A DNA stretch of 62,470 nucleotides, counting the filler, from Sphacelaria rigidula (taxonomy: Eukaryota), in assembly GCA_964200075.2 (NCBI GenBank). It is 5 parts of 5 records of this genome, joined end to end, with 100 filler letters (N's around TTAATTAATTAA, not from the genome) between each part and the next. Parts side by side here need not be neighbours in the genome. Positions count along the whole stretch, not along the records: positions 37,546 to 49,958 come from CAXNAA020003803.1; positions 50,059 to 62,470 come from CAXNAA020003804.1; 3 more parts are not named here. The stretch is one strand, 5' to 3'. Shown here piece by piece: positions 40,526 to 52,713 of this stretch. How positions within the stretch are numbered: the first letter of the stretch is position 1; every line of letters starts with the position of its first letter. The notes below the pieces were generated by a model. That model searched no databases. It was not told the DNA's origin and was given only the letters and a program-made list of their open reading frames with translations. A program made the position numbers and the translations under genes.

Positions 40526-40817
40526 TGGAGGGGAAATCGTGGATGGGAAGCAATGTTTGAAGTTGTTGTGACACTCGTACGGTAGGGGGGTGGGGAAGTA
40601 GAACGTGTGTGGTGTCGGTATGGTTTGCGTATATCTCGAGAGGACGCAAGGCCAATGATTTTGATGAGGACAGGTATGACTAAAATACGCGAGTACTCCG
40701 GAGTATCCATTTTTGAAACAGTGGTTGCCCCTTTGTCCTGTGTTCGTTTGCATACATGCTGATGAACGTTTCCTAACCTTCTGTCCCTTACCCCCCCCTC
40801 CCCCTACAATATGCACC

Positions 40818-41292
40818 TCACTTGCGTAAGCTAGGCAACCAGGTTACCGATTTTGTTTTTTTATCGCTTGCTTTTTTCTTTCGGAAACCATGATGATAGG
40901 TCGAGCCAGATGATTTTGTGTGAGGTGGAGAACCCGAACTCCGCACACAGGGGATGGTCGTACGTAGTGTTGAAATAGGGAAATGCCCATGAGGCAGTAT
41001 AAGCCGTGGCTGCCTCTGGAAGTGGCGGCACCAGGAATTGAAGCAACTCATTAAAGCCCGTCATCCATATTCAAGATAATCGGTACGCTCCGGGCCGAAC
41101 AATCTTAGCAGGATGCAGCTCACCTTCATGTGACTCGCTGAACATATCACGCCGCTTCGCGCTTCGTGCTTGCGAGCCTGGTCCGGCGAAAACCCGGCTT
41201 GTTCCGTCCGGACTTTGTAGGGATGCGTGGTCAACAGCCACATGACTAAGGCGTGCAACACCATGAGTACACCCCACCTCCCCCCTCTCCCC
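40818..41292 (+). mobile_element. Long (~470 bp) copy of the poly-C-ended element
   Basis: Colinear with 43897-44380 from GCGTAAGCTAGGCAACCAGGTTACCGATTT to CATGAGTACAC; C-rich on both flanks. Confidence 0.8.
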
Positions 41293-41333
41293 TATACACA
41301 CACGCATACTGTTCCCCGTCGTATTGCGATCAG

Positions 41334-41531
41334 TGTCGGAACATGCACTGGGAGAACTTGGACAAGCTTCTGGCTATCGTGGATAAAGAATTCGGAGAAC
41401 AGGGGTTCTACCATGTGGGTCCTGAGGGGGAGGTTCTCGGTGTTCAGGATGGGGTCGTGCGAACGAACTGCATGGATTGCCTCGACCGAACAAATGTGGT
41501 GCAGAGCCTGCTCGCTAGAAGGAGTATGTTG
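41334..41531 (+). CDS. SAC1: SAC1-family phosphatase catalytic exon
   Basis: QDGVVRTNCMDCLDRTNVVQS with CX5R(T) motif at 41469-41492; CAG acceptor, GTGAGT donor. Confidence 0.96.
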
Positions 41532-41777
41532 GTGAGTTCAAGTGGTGTACACTGTACAAGTATTTTAATGGATGTTTTGAAAATTCAGTTACCTTCGTAC
41601 GAGGGGGCACGTACTCTCAAATATCTGCACCGCACACTCACTATTATTTTAGTCCAGGATAAGGAGGTGGGGGGGGGGGGGGGGGGAAGGGGGGGCGTAC
41701 CCCAATTCCGGGAAATGAAGCGGTAAGGTGAGGCGGGACGGATTCTTGAAGNNNNNNNNNNTTTTGGGTATGGTTGT

Positions 41778-41818
<41 letters not shown>

Positions 41819-42906
41819 GGGGAAGGAGGGGCGTACTCCAATTCCAGGTAATGAAGCTGTCAGGTGCAGTCGGACAGATCTCTGAAGTGAAGTTGAGTCA
41901 AGCATGGAATCTCGTACTGGTTTTTGGAGTGAAAATATGTGCATGTTTGCTTTGTTTTGTCTCATTTCTATCTATCTCCTCCCGTTCCTCGGGGCGAGTC
42001 CGTGATTTCAAGGTATCGGAATCCATATCGAACCCGGTTCACGCCTTACATTTTGGTAATCTTGGATTGGGTCAGCACTCCCCCAACGCGTCGACGATAG
42101 CCTAATAAACTCATGATATATAAATATAAATATATATATATTGGGTGTTCACGTCTTCGTGTCTCCAACGACGGAAATCATATTCTTGTGGGATGAAAAG
42201 CGAAAACCAGGCTCATCCGGTGGAAATCGAATCCGCGTTTTTGTCGACGTAGTGGCCTCAGTTGTATGCATCAGTACAACAAAGGGGCGCGGCGGCTTTG
42301 TTATGAGAAGTTGACGAGAATTGACCGTGAGTCAGAGAACCGAACAGGCATGAAACTAGAAAATAAGAGGTGAAATAAGTTGCTGGATATGACGGCTGCA
42401 AGCTGTAGTTATGGGGTAAGAAAAAGTCGGGTCAGGTCAGGTCAGGGGTACTAAGGTGAACAGAGTCACCCCCGCAGAGGATGCAGGTGTCTGCAAAGCT
42501 TTCGTTAGCTGTCTTTCGCTCGATATGGGCACTATTTGTGTTTGGTCCAAAATATGAGAGACGGCGAGGGCCGGGCGGGCGGAGGAAGAACCTAGGGAGG
42601 CATATAGCCCCGTGTTGCAAGTTGTTCCAGTATTTCCTTGTTTTCCGTTTTTTTTTTCAGTGTGTGTGTGTATTTGTGTCTGTTATGAACGTTTCAGGCT
42701 GCTCGGCGCAGACCTAGGTTCGTCTTGGTCCTTCTTGAGTCCGCCCCCATAATGTGACGTACCTACACATGGACTGAAACAGCTTAGTGCGCCTTGAACA
42801 TCGAGATGGTTTGCGCACGGACTTGGGTATGAAGAAGCCAGGCATGCATCCACGCGCAAGACTTGTAGTTCGAAGTCACAAGCATTTACGCTTGTTTCCC
42901 ACCAAG

Positions 42907-43058
42907 GTCCAACTGCATGCGGTGGGGGTGGACCTGCCCGATCCGGAGGGGGCCAATAGCACGGCCCTGGCGCTGACGCTCGACATGCTGGAGATGCCGG
43001 CCGAGGAACTGGAAAGGCGCTTTAGGGACGTTTGGGGCAACAACGCCGACGAGATCAG
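42907..43058 (+). CDS. SAC1: SAC1-family phosphatase exon
   Basis: CCAAG|GTC; FRDVWGNNADEI; GT at 43059, phase 2. Confidence 0.9.
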
Positions 43059-43121
43059 GTGCATTGTGGTATTTCGTGTACATTGGAGTACCTTTTATTT
43101 TCTTCTCAAGCATAAAATTTA

Positions 43122-43300
43122 GTCGTTGAAAATGTGAGAATGCGAGAAGCAAACTCAGGTTTCGTGACGAGGGTCGATGCGATGCGGGAGGGCTGATCCA
43201 ATCCACGATATCAAATTGAACAAGGCGTGTACCGGGGGAGACGGGTTGATCCAGTGAGATCAAGGGCTCGTGTAGAGGAAGGGGGCGGGTTGGAAGTGAG
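43122..43300 (+). mobile_element. SINE body fragment without head
   Basis: GCTGATCCAATCCACGATATCAAATTGAACAAGGCGTGTACCGGGGGAGA matches the 26524 and 54908 copies. Confidence 0.6.
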
Positions 43301-43621
43301 ATGGGAGTAAGAAGAAGATGAGCCCAGGTGGGGGGGCGCTAGGTGCGTTTTGTCGTTGAGTTCGTTTTTCCCCAGTCACAATACTCCCAATCACAACGTG
43401 AGATATGTTGATCATAGCATCGTTGGCTTATTTTTCGCCACGAAAACGCCAAGGTGGGGACTTGTCCGTTTTTATTTTGTCTCATGACCAGATTTCTGCA
43501 GCCGCACTCTTGCAGGTCTGTTTCCTACGGTAACTGCTACCTCCGTTGTGCACTTAAGTTTTGTCCTTGAAATCGTGCGCCTCCGAGTCGTAGAGTACCC
43601 CCCCCCCCCCCCCCCGCCCGC

Positions 43622-43653
43622 TGATGACTATGGCAAGCATGATCATGAGTACA
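43622..43653 (+). mobile_element. 32-bp poly-C-ended insertion with perfect 12-bp TSD
   Basis: CCCCCCGCCCGC at both 43610-43621 and 43654-43665. Confidence 0.8.
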
Positions 43654-43850
43654 CCCCCCGCCCGCCCTCGAGCCTTCCTGTATCCTACCATGTTGTGTCG
43701 CTTGGTAGGTGTAGGCGATTCAGATATTGTACTGTGGTAATTTCGTGGAAAAATCATTTATCGGAAAACCCAGGCAACTTTGTCTGTGTCACGAAGATTT
43801 GAACAAACGGTAGGATCCCTCCCTCCCTCCTTCCCTCCCTCCCTCCCCCA

Positions 43851-44381
43851 CATTAGGTTGGCGTCGGTTGGCAATGACGCTGTGAAACACACCACTAACT
43901 GCGTAAGCTAGGCAACCAGGTTACCGATTTGCTTTTTGCGCGCTAGCAGTTTTTTGCGGTAACCATGATGATGGAGCTCGAGCTGGGTCATGTTCTGCCG
44001 GGTGGGAGAACTTTGATTCCGCGCGAAGGGAAGGGTCACATGGAATACGCAGTGTTTATATCGTGCGACACTCGTGAGGCAGTGTGTAGCACGTGAATGT
44101 CTTTGGAAGTGTCGACCCCGTAAAATGAAGCAATTCATTGGAGTTTGTCATACAAATAGAAGGTAATCAGTACGCTTTGGGCGGAAAAATCTGAGCAGGA
44201 TGCTCCTCAATCTTCATGCGACTCGCCAAACACATCACGGCGCTTCGCGCTTGGTGATTGATTGCGAGCCTGGTCCGGCGAAAACCCGGCGTGCTCCGTC
44301 CGGGCTTTGTAGGGATACGAGGTCAATGGTCAGATGACTACGACATGCAACATCATGAGTACACTCCACCTCCCCCCTCCC
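43851..44381 (+). mobile_element. Longest copy of the poly-C-ended element
   Basis: Colinear with 40818-41292; lies between a (CCCT)n tract and the C-rich tract of the next acceptor. 5' boundary approximate. Confidence 0.8.
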
Positions 44382-44403
44382 ATCCCGCGCCTGCCCCCAA
44401 CAG

Positions 44404-44535
44404 CATGCTTTACGCAGGTACCCCTGCGCTCAAGGGTGACTTCACGCGCACGGGTCAGCGGACGAAGCTTGGGCTCCTCCAGGACGGAACAAACTCTGCT
44501 ATCCGTTACGTTGTCAACAATTTCCAGGATCACAG
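44404..44535 (+). CDS. SAC1: SAC1-family phosphatase exon
   Basis: [49 protein letters not shown]; donor GTAAG. Confidence 0.93.
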
Positions 44536-44871
44536 GTAAGGGTTGAATATAATGAAGCACGTGAGGTCGTGGTAAGGTGGAGACGTGTGGAGAGGAAGGG
44601 GATGAGCACAATTCCATGGTATAATTGTTCGGTACTGTAAGGCTGAACACGAGTTGTTTAACCTACTCACGTCCCGAGTTGATGAAACATGCACACAGAG
44701 TTTTTTGTACTTTCATTTCGTCGTTCTCGCTCTCGACGTGGTCGCATCGATGATGATGATGGGCCGTGCTCTCTGTGCGATCTCGAACGGCATAGACAAT
44801 GTTCCGACTGAAAGTAACACGGCCGTTCTCCGCCCTCATGCGGCACACTTACGCACACGTCAAACGTGCAG

Positions 44872-45532
44872 GCGACAAGAGGCAGTGGACTTGCTGTTGG
44901 GCATACACCGGCGTCCGGTAGACTCAGATGGCAATCCAGTTCCTGAGACCATCAAAGAGCCGCTTGATCTTGATCTGTGGACAACCCGCCTTTCTCCTCT
45001 ACCCCAAGGCGACGCCACTATCATGAGTGGCGGCGAATCGGAAGCTCTAGCTACCGCTACTGTTGTCGGTGAAGGCAAAGATGATCATTTTGGGACCGGA
45101 AGAGCAAGGAAACGTGATCAAAGTCGGGGATCTGAAGGCGAGGGCAAGAGTTGTACAGAAGATGGCGGTGAAGGTGACGGTTCCAAGGTCGTTGGGCGTT
45201 TTTCGGATCGCTCCTCAGAGCTGTCCCCAGACGATTCCTCGTCCACTGAATCAGAACTGAGAGATGGAGAGGAAGACATTTTGAGTGTGGGATTAGATGG
45301 AGACTTCAAGGGCCGGCCACGCGGTGGAGGGGTCGCGGGAGTGACTGGATGCCCCGCCGCTGGAGCGTCGGGTGCTGCAAATGGGCTCGATTTGAGGGTG
45401 GGCGGAAATGAGGCGAGGCGGGTAGCTGAGGGAAGGGGAGAAGTGGGCAGCGGTGGGATTGTGGGTAGGGTGGCCGGGACGGCGCTGGCAGAGTTGCGCA
45501 TGGCAGGACCTTACTCTGCGTTGGCTTTAACG
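44872..45532 (+). CDS. SAC1: SAC1-family phosphatase exon with long low-complexity tail
   Basis: TGCAG|G; RQEAVDLLLG (end of the conserved Sac1 region), then G/S/D/E-rich sequence; donor GTAAGC at 45533. Confidence 0.82.
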
Positions 45533-46395
45533 GTAAGCCATGGCGTGGTAGGAGGTGGTGCCGTCTATAATGGTGGTAGACGACGGAAAGTATTACCTCA
45601 CGGGGGTATTTTCTCAACATTATGATTGTTTTGGCGAAAGCTGCTTCATCTACTCGCTCATGTTGAAACGGTGCAGCAATAATCGACCCTCTCCCTCCGT
45701 CTGAAGAGTATAGGTGTAGTTGCGCGTAAGAGTCTAGACTCAAGTTTCAAAGAGGTCCGAGGCTGCCAGCCGTAGATCTTCCCATAAATATTTCAAAATT
45801 TAGATACTCTTGCTGCTGTGCTGTCAAGGTGTACTCTACCGGAAAGCTCATTTATTGCTGTGTACTGTTCATGATGAGCTTGTACTGAAAGGTTTATAGA
45901 CGTGGCACCAAATGCTACATTCACGTACGCCCCCGCCCCTTCTCCCTCCCTTGCTCTCGTCCACCTGTTCGCTCAACACTCGTGACACTGCACGTGGCCG
46001 CCGGGATCCCATGACCTATCATGGACCGAATAGGCGCTTGTGCTCATGGCCGCAAGAGAAGGCAATCTGCTGGCATCCGGCACGGGTTTATTGGGGGGGA
46101 AGGGGGCCGGAGTGATGCCTGTGGACACGTTGTTCCTCCTCGTCGTAGGGCTGGCCGCTATTCCTCTTGTCATATCTTTGCTGGACGCTCGATGACAAGG
46201 GCTTGAGGCGGGCCGTGCACGCGGAGGGGGGAAGAAGGGGAGGGGTCAGGACTTGATGTAACTGGCCATACCCAGGGTATACGTCGTAGTTTACTTGGTT
46301 TATGGCATTCACCCTTGTCCTGTAATGGGTAGTCACGGGGGTGCTTGGCTTTCCCTTTCGATTATGTCTTTCACCTTTTCCTCTCGAGGTTGCAG

Positions 46396-46455
46396 GTTGG
46401 GCTGCCTATTTTGTGGCTTTGTCTTGATCTGAGCTCCTACTCAGCTTTGCCTTAG
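46396..46455 (+). CDS. SAC1: Putative terminal exon of the SAC1-family gene (hydrophobic tail)
   Basis: Pyrimidine tract plus TTGCAG|GTT, phase 0; VGLPILWLCLDLSSYSALP then stop. Supported only by splice signals and hydrophobicity. Confidence 0.5.
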   Translation, partial: VGLPILWLCLDLSSYSALP

Positions 46456-49139
46456 ACGTTATCCTGTGAAGAGGCGGGGCAAAGGGAGGAATAGAGGACC
46501 ATGCTCAAGTTGAAGCATGTTTTCTCTGTCGTTCAAGTATGCGTAGATCGCATTTAAAAAAATTGAACGATTGTCTTCACCTCTTCGACACTACGATACA
46601 CGTTTAGTAGTGAAATTGGAAAGAGGATGATGGGTGGAGCTGCATTTTTTTCTGTAAACGTTGTGTGAGCCACTATTTTGTTGTTTCGATACCCTACGGC
46701 GTATTTACTTACCGTGGTACGAAAGAGAGCGCAGCGCTCGTGGGCTTCGAGTGCAGAAACCATAACCTCTGCCACCCTCCTGAAAACGCCTGCACTACTC
46801 ATCTTCGTGTTTGCTTCTTCCGAAAAGCACAATTTCTCTGGTTTATCTACGCCCACAAGCTGTTCTAACCAGGGTTCATTCAGCTACTCGTTCTACTCTG
46901 TATGTTCCGAGGTTCAATGGAGCAGACCGAGATGCACTGATCGAGGAAGAGCGTACAGCAGCAAACAAGAAATGTACGCATGCCGATGGTCGATGTTCCA
47001 ATTTTCAAATTGGTTGCCTCAGGCTATTTCGGATTCGGCATTAGATTTCTGTAAAAGAAAACACTCGTTTTTTCGGAATACTTTTCGGAAAACAAGAAGA
47101 AAACAAAACAAAACAAGCAGAACGTTTCGAAAAACTGTTCAAAACATGACCCCATTATATGGAGTACAGGGTACTACACTGAACACAAGACAACTCTGCA
47201 GTGGTACATGGACTACAGAGTACTACACTGAACACAAGACAACACAACAGTTCTGCAGTGTTTTTGAGTTTTAGAACCTGAAGACGGACAGCTACCACCG
47301 CAACCTTGCAGCATTGAGCACGAGTTAAGCACAGGGATAAATACACTGCAGTAGCTGGGTATGCTTTGTTATTTTTTGTTGGCGAAAACTTGCGCGTCTT
47401 CTCTCATTCTCTCATGGTAGGCATTAGCGACAGAACTGCTTGGTACGGTGGGCAACCGAGTTGCGTGCACGCTCATGGATAGTGCAATTTGGACAAAGCT
47501 GCACGTTGCTGAAGTCCTCTTCACGTCGCATTGTAAGCAGGGAGAACTGATAGTTCTGGGCTGTCTGCACTGCATGCTGCCCGCTTCTCCTTCATGTCCT
47601 CCCGGACGAAACACGCACACACGCACTCCTGCTTGCAAGCGATGCAGACAGTACAGACTGTGTGTACTATACACGAGTGACCATGTGTCGTGACACGAAT
47701 TTCACTGTACTTTTTTGATCGAAAGCTTGAACATCCACCTGGACCCAGCTGCATCAAAACGAGATTTTTTGCGCTCAGATCGATTCCACCGCTCCATTTT
47801 TTCCACCGAAAAGGCAGGCCCTAACCACCAGTCTCAAGTCCTACAGTATCGACAAACCTTTCTCACATCTGTTCAGAATTCGTTGAGAAATGATGATTTG
47901 TGTGAAACGCGCGCGCAGCACACGCTTACAAAACGGTCAGCAACGACACGTTCTCGGTTGTGTTTGACACGTATGCAGTCGCCATTCGTCCAATACAGAA
48001 CGGAATTCTGTCAGACAAAGACTACCGTGTGTAGATTAACAAGAGCTAGCAGTGAAACTAACGCGCGTGAGTGGTGGGTGTCGTGCGTGTTTTTTTGGGC
48101 TGGGTATGTAGGTGTTGTGTTGTCTTGTTGTGTTGCCTTGTTGTGTCTTGTCTACAGTATTGCACAGACCTTGGACCTGCTTGGACCAACGACCATTTCA
48201 CGACCCGCCGCATTTCTCAATCTGCGTGCAGATCTGGGTTCACATCTGTTCAAAACTGCTTGTCGATAAGACTGGGGACTGGTCGTTATGAGGCCAATCC
48301 CCTGTCACAAGGGGACTGTGAAAAAGGGGATAATCCCCTTCGTTAACCTCTAGACCGCGACGTGGGGTGATCTGCTGAATCGGCACCAATTCACACTTGA
48401 AAAAAGAATCCGTGATCCAGATGGAATACCCGCTTCGCGGTCTAAGGGTTAAGAAGGGCCCTAATAGCTCAAGCATTCTCTCTCCTTCACGCCGGCGGCT
48501 CAGATGCCGCCAAAGAAGGCGAGTCCCATAGCTCTTCATTGAAGGCGTATGTCTCTTCTGTCCCTTTTCCATTCCATTCCAATGTAAGAAAGGGTAGGAA
48601 ATTGGAGGCGCGATGCGACGCAGAGCAATCTATACTACATACAGCAGTACGAGTTTGCAAAAAGCGCTATGGCCGCAGTCACACATGGGAGGGAAGATGG
48701 ATATTGGGTTTATGCAGCAGTATGCGTCTCAGCTTCTTCGGCGGCCGTTCTAAATAGCAAAGCCGAGAGGACAGGTGGTGAACATACGGTATGGAGCAAC
48801 ACTTACTTATGGATACAGTACAGGTTTTCAGCACAGCTACACTGTTATGGGGGTGCATAGGGGCCGATTTTGGCATTATATTCCGGGAAAGTGTGCATCA
48901 ACACCTGTCTGCAGAAAGTGGATCGTAATTGAGCCAATCGTGTCAATCACAAATACACACATCACCTCGAAACAACGTCCTGGTTAATCTGAAATGTACC
49001 ATTTTTCTTCTTCTTCTTCTTCTTCCTGTTTTATCGAATGTATTATAGGCCTATATGTCTCTCCGCTTATTACTGGAATCAAGTAAGTCGTGTCGTTTTT
49101 GGGTCCATACTTTATCCAAATGATCGAATGGTCCTTCTC

Positions 49140-49470
49140 GGAACAGTAATTTACATCAAGACAAACAGTATGCACGGCCTGCCCTATACAAACCACAAAC
49201 AGTAATTACGGCCTGCCCTGCCCCCAGCGTCACCGTTCGAAAAAAGTGCGGAACACTTTTCACAAAATGAACGGTAGTATTCACGGCCTGCCCTGCTCTC
49301 AGCGTCACCGTTTGAAAAAACAGACGGAACGGTATCCACAAAATGAACGGTCCCGGCGAAAAAGGGCGGGTCACAAACAGTATTTACGGCCTGCTCTGCT
49401 CCGGGCATGATTGTTCAAAAAAATGGCGGTTCACAAACAATATTTACGGCCTGCCCTGCACAAAATAAAC
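49140..49470. repeat. Degenerate minisatellite with core CAGTA..TACGGCCTGCCCTG
   Basis: Core recurs about five times with variable spacing. Confidence 0.7.
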
Positions 49471-49698
49471 GGGGGTGGTTCGGTGGGGGCTATCGCGGCA
49501 TCACTCATATACAACAACAGAGCGCTTGGCAAAAATACAAGAGCCCGTGAAAATGGGAAATCGTATCGGGAAATTTCAACGGGAGACTGTCAACTTTGCT
49601 CAACAGGCATCACGGAAATGCACGACTAAATCGAGAGCGGAAACGACATCACGGAAATGCACGACTGAATCGAGAACGGGAACGAATAACAGAGGATT

Positions 49699-49958
49699 CT
49701 ATAAAATGAGGTTCATCAATGAAATGAGGTTCGAGCTCGAAACAGTACTTTCTCCAAGCTTTCAGCGATGGTGCCCAATGACTTGTCGGCCTAATGCCCC
49801 TCGATCGCGTAGATACGTTTTCAGCGCATTTTATCGACTGTGAGCTTACAGCGCTGTCCGAAACCGCCATTTCCACTTATTTTTTAGGGGGGGTGATCTA
49901 AGGGAAGACAGCAGTTTCAGTCAGCGCTGTAAGCCCACCGAGTCGGTAAAATGCGCTG
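49699..49958. mobile_element. Second copy of the 52299 palindromic MITE, cut by a gap
   Basis: CTATAAAATGAGGTT, GCCCCTCGATCGCG, CAGCGCATTT, then the inverted arm begins before the Ns. Confidence 0.72.
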
Positions 49959-52298
49959 NNNNNNNNNNNNNNNNNNNNNNNNNNNNNNNNNNNNNNNNNN
50001 NNTTAATTAATTAANNNNNNNNNNNNNNNNNNNNNNNNNNNNNNNNNNNNNNNNNNNNATACGAAGATTTTAATCCTCCGGGTTCTCATCCTCAATCAAT
50101 AGCACCATCCTCAACATAGATGATTGGCTGTTATATGCGAGAAAGGTCTAAAAAACGCGTGATATAGTACGCGCCAAAAAAGGCAGCAAAAGGCGTGGTT
50201 AAAGCGGCTTGGGGACGACATATGCGCGATTCATGCGCCCCCCCCCCCACCACAACGCCTTTCCCCCCCCCTCGTAGTAAGGAGGAAACCTCACACCCAA
50301 CACTTACCCCACGACGGGTGAGTATGCCGATCATCTAGAGGCTCAGCTAGACCATCGTGTGGCGATCATATGGGGTAAGCGTCTCGAGCGTTCGGATAGC
50401 TTTATTGCTCGAGGCACTGTGGGAGTTGAACCCACTGAAACCCCTCGTCAACACGATGCAGTGCACGTGGCGCCCTACTCTAATGAGAGTCAGATCTTGT
50501 GCATGCAATGACTGTGCTGAGCTGCTGATTCTACTCCGTGCCCCATAAGCCCCCGCACACTAGAGCACTTCTTTGATCGGGACATCTTTGTGGTGTGCAA
50601 TATGCCAAAGTGCGGCACGTTTCTAAGTGGAACACGACCAACAAGGCGGATCCATTGATCGCTCGGTTGATTGATCGATCGATTGGTGCACATTGAACTG
50701 ATCCGCTCCGAATCCAGCAGCTATGTAAGGGGGACCGGGAGGGGGGGAGGGGGGTGCTCCCGTTGCTAAATACATGTGACACAAAGGTACATACGTTTAC
50801 TCAGAAATACCGCAAGAGACGCCGAAGACCAACGGTCATGTGCGCGAAATTCCCAAAGGTATGTGCGTGAAAAACAGTACACACAACTCATCACCAAGCG
50901 GCCAAAGGCGGGAATACGCGAAATACTAGAAACAGAAGGAAGACGAAAAAGCGTTGGAGGTGAAAAGTCTAAGCAGAATAGGATCCCGGCTCCTCGAGCC
51001 GTGTAAATACGTATATCTAGAAGGGTACTCTTGTGAAGACTCCATCCAATGGGCTGGTGCGTGCTTGACTTTTCCTGGGTACCTTCCATCTCCTTGAAAC
51101 TTGTTGATGCTGCCGTGCGAAGCCTGGCTTAACACCTGGTTTTATAACTACGGCATGCAAGATCATGACTACCCCCCCTCCCCCCCCCCCCCCCGAAAAC
51201 GCCCACTTGTGCTGGCGACGTGAGCGGATAGACTCAGAATGTTATTTCCGAGAAAATACGCTGGGTTTGGTGACATGGTAAATCACTCGGTAAAAAAAAC
51301 GATTATGTGGAGTGTCATGGTTGCTGTTGCTGGAGGTTGGGGTACATGGTTACACGGCATTGATTCCCGGAGGGTGAACAATAATACTTACCCCGCGTGC
51401 ACACCTCTCGAGACCCGTGCCTAGTGGTATACAGGACGGCGAGGGTCCATGAAAAATTAATACAAGCAAGGTCCTAGAGATGGTGCCAGGTCGGTCTCGA
51501 CAAATGCCATCGGAAAACCCGCACCACAACTTCCGGGGTCGATACGCTTGTTTAGTGGTCGTTTTTCATTCAGGAGCTCGATCATGCCGTATAGGTGAAA
51601 ATATTCCGTCGCGTGAAGTACCCTCGCACTATACGGATACCTCCCTACGTCAGTACGGAAAAGGGTGCACGTGTTTTTTCGCTCACCCTCCTGCAGAATC
51701 TTTTCTCATTGTGCCGTGAGACGCTGGGACCTCGTACTTGCGCATGGTGAAGGCTGCGGGTGAGAACGCCGACGCCTGACAGACAAGAGATGCATCGAGC
51801 GGAGCAAGCGAGTGCGAGAGAGAGGGAGAGAGCGAGGAAGAGAGCGTGCATGAAGTGCCGAGATTTTAAAGACCTGCTGACCCGTTTGGAATTCGCGATT
51901 ATTGCATGGATGATGCCCTAGACGAAGGCCACAGTGCCTCAAGTGGTAGCTATGGTTCGGATTGAGGTTCAAGTTTTTGTGTCTTGGCTGAGGCTAACCA
52001 TTTTGTTACCTGCTTATTACGCCACAAAACTCCTTGCACAGCACATGCGAAGTCGAAATGATTGCCCATACCTTTCGTGTGTCAGAACGTGTAGAAAAGA
52101 CGGAAGATACCGGAGCCTGAGACAAGAAAATCTTCCGCAGCGATGAGCTCCGTCTGCGAGATCGAGCTATTTTCTCAGGCCTCGCTAGCCCAGCCCAACG
52201 CGGGGTGAAGGCTCTCGTACTTTCAACCAGAAGGTGCAATAGAGTGGGCACACTGCTATACGGATCTCATCGGGCCAAAAGGCTGTGAACAGACAAAC

Positions 52299-52713
52299 CT
52301 ATAAACTGAGGTACCCTAAAATGAGGTTCAAGCCCAAAGCAGTGCTTTCTCACGCTTACAGCGACGGTGCCCGACGACTCTTGTCGACCCGATGCCCCTC
52401 GATCGCGAAGGTTAGTTCCCAGCGCATTTCACCGATTCTGTAAGCAGGCAGCGCTAAGCGAAACCCTCATCTTCCCCTGATTTGGGGTAGGGTGTACTCA
52501 TGATCATGCATGGGGTAGGGGGTGTTATCAGAGAAAATGAGGTTTCGCTCAGCGCTGCAACCTCACAGAGTCGGTAAAATGCGCTGGGAACTAACCTTCG
52601 CAATCGAGGGGCACTAGGCCGACAAAAGAGTCATCGGGCGCCGTCGTTGTAAGCGTGGGGAACGCACTGTTTTGGGCTTGAACCTCATATTACCGTACAA
52701 CCTCATTTTATAG
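52299..52713. mobile_element. Palindromic MITE with ~185-bp arms
   Basis: CTATAAA.TGAGG to CCTCATTTTATAG; the arms are near reverse complements. Confidence 0.8.

Noticed and set aside
44270-44365. Hammerhead ribozyme in the poly-C element (CGAAA and CTGATGA-like words)
   Set aside because: CTGATGA is present in only two copies, and stems I and II cannot be formed.
4588-46455. Functional kinase-PP1-SAC1 signalling cluster
   Set aside because: The genes sit on different contigs joined by unsized gaps and all belong to common families, so adjacency is not evidence.
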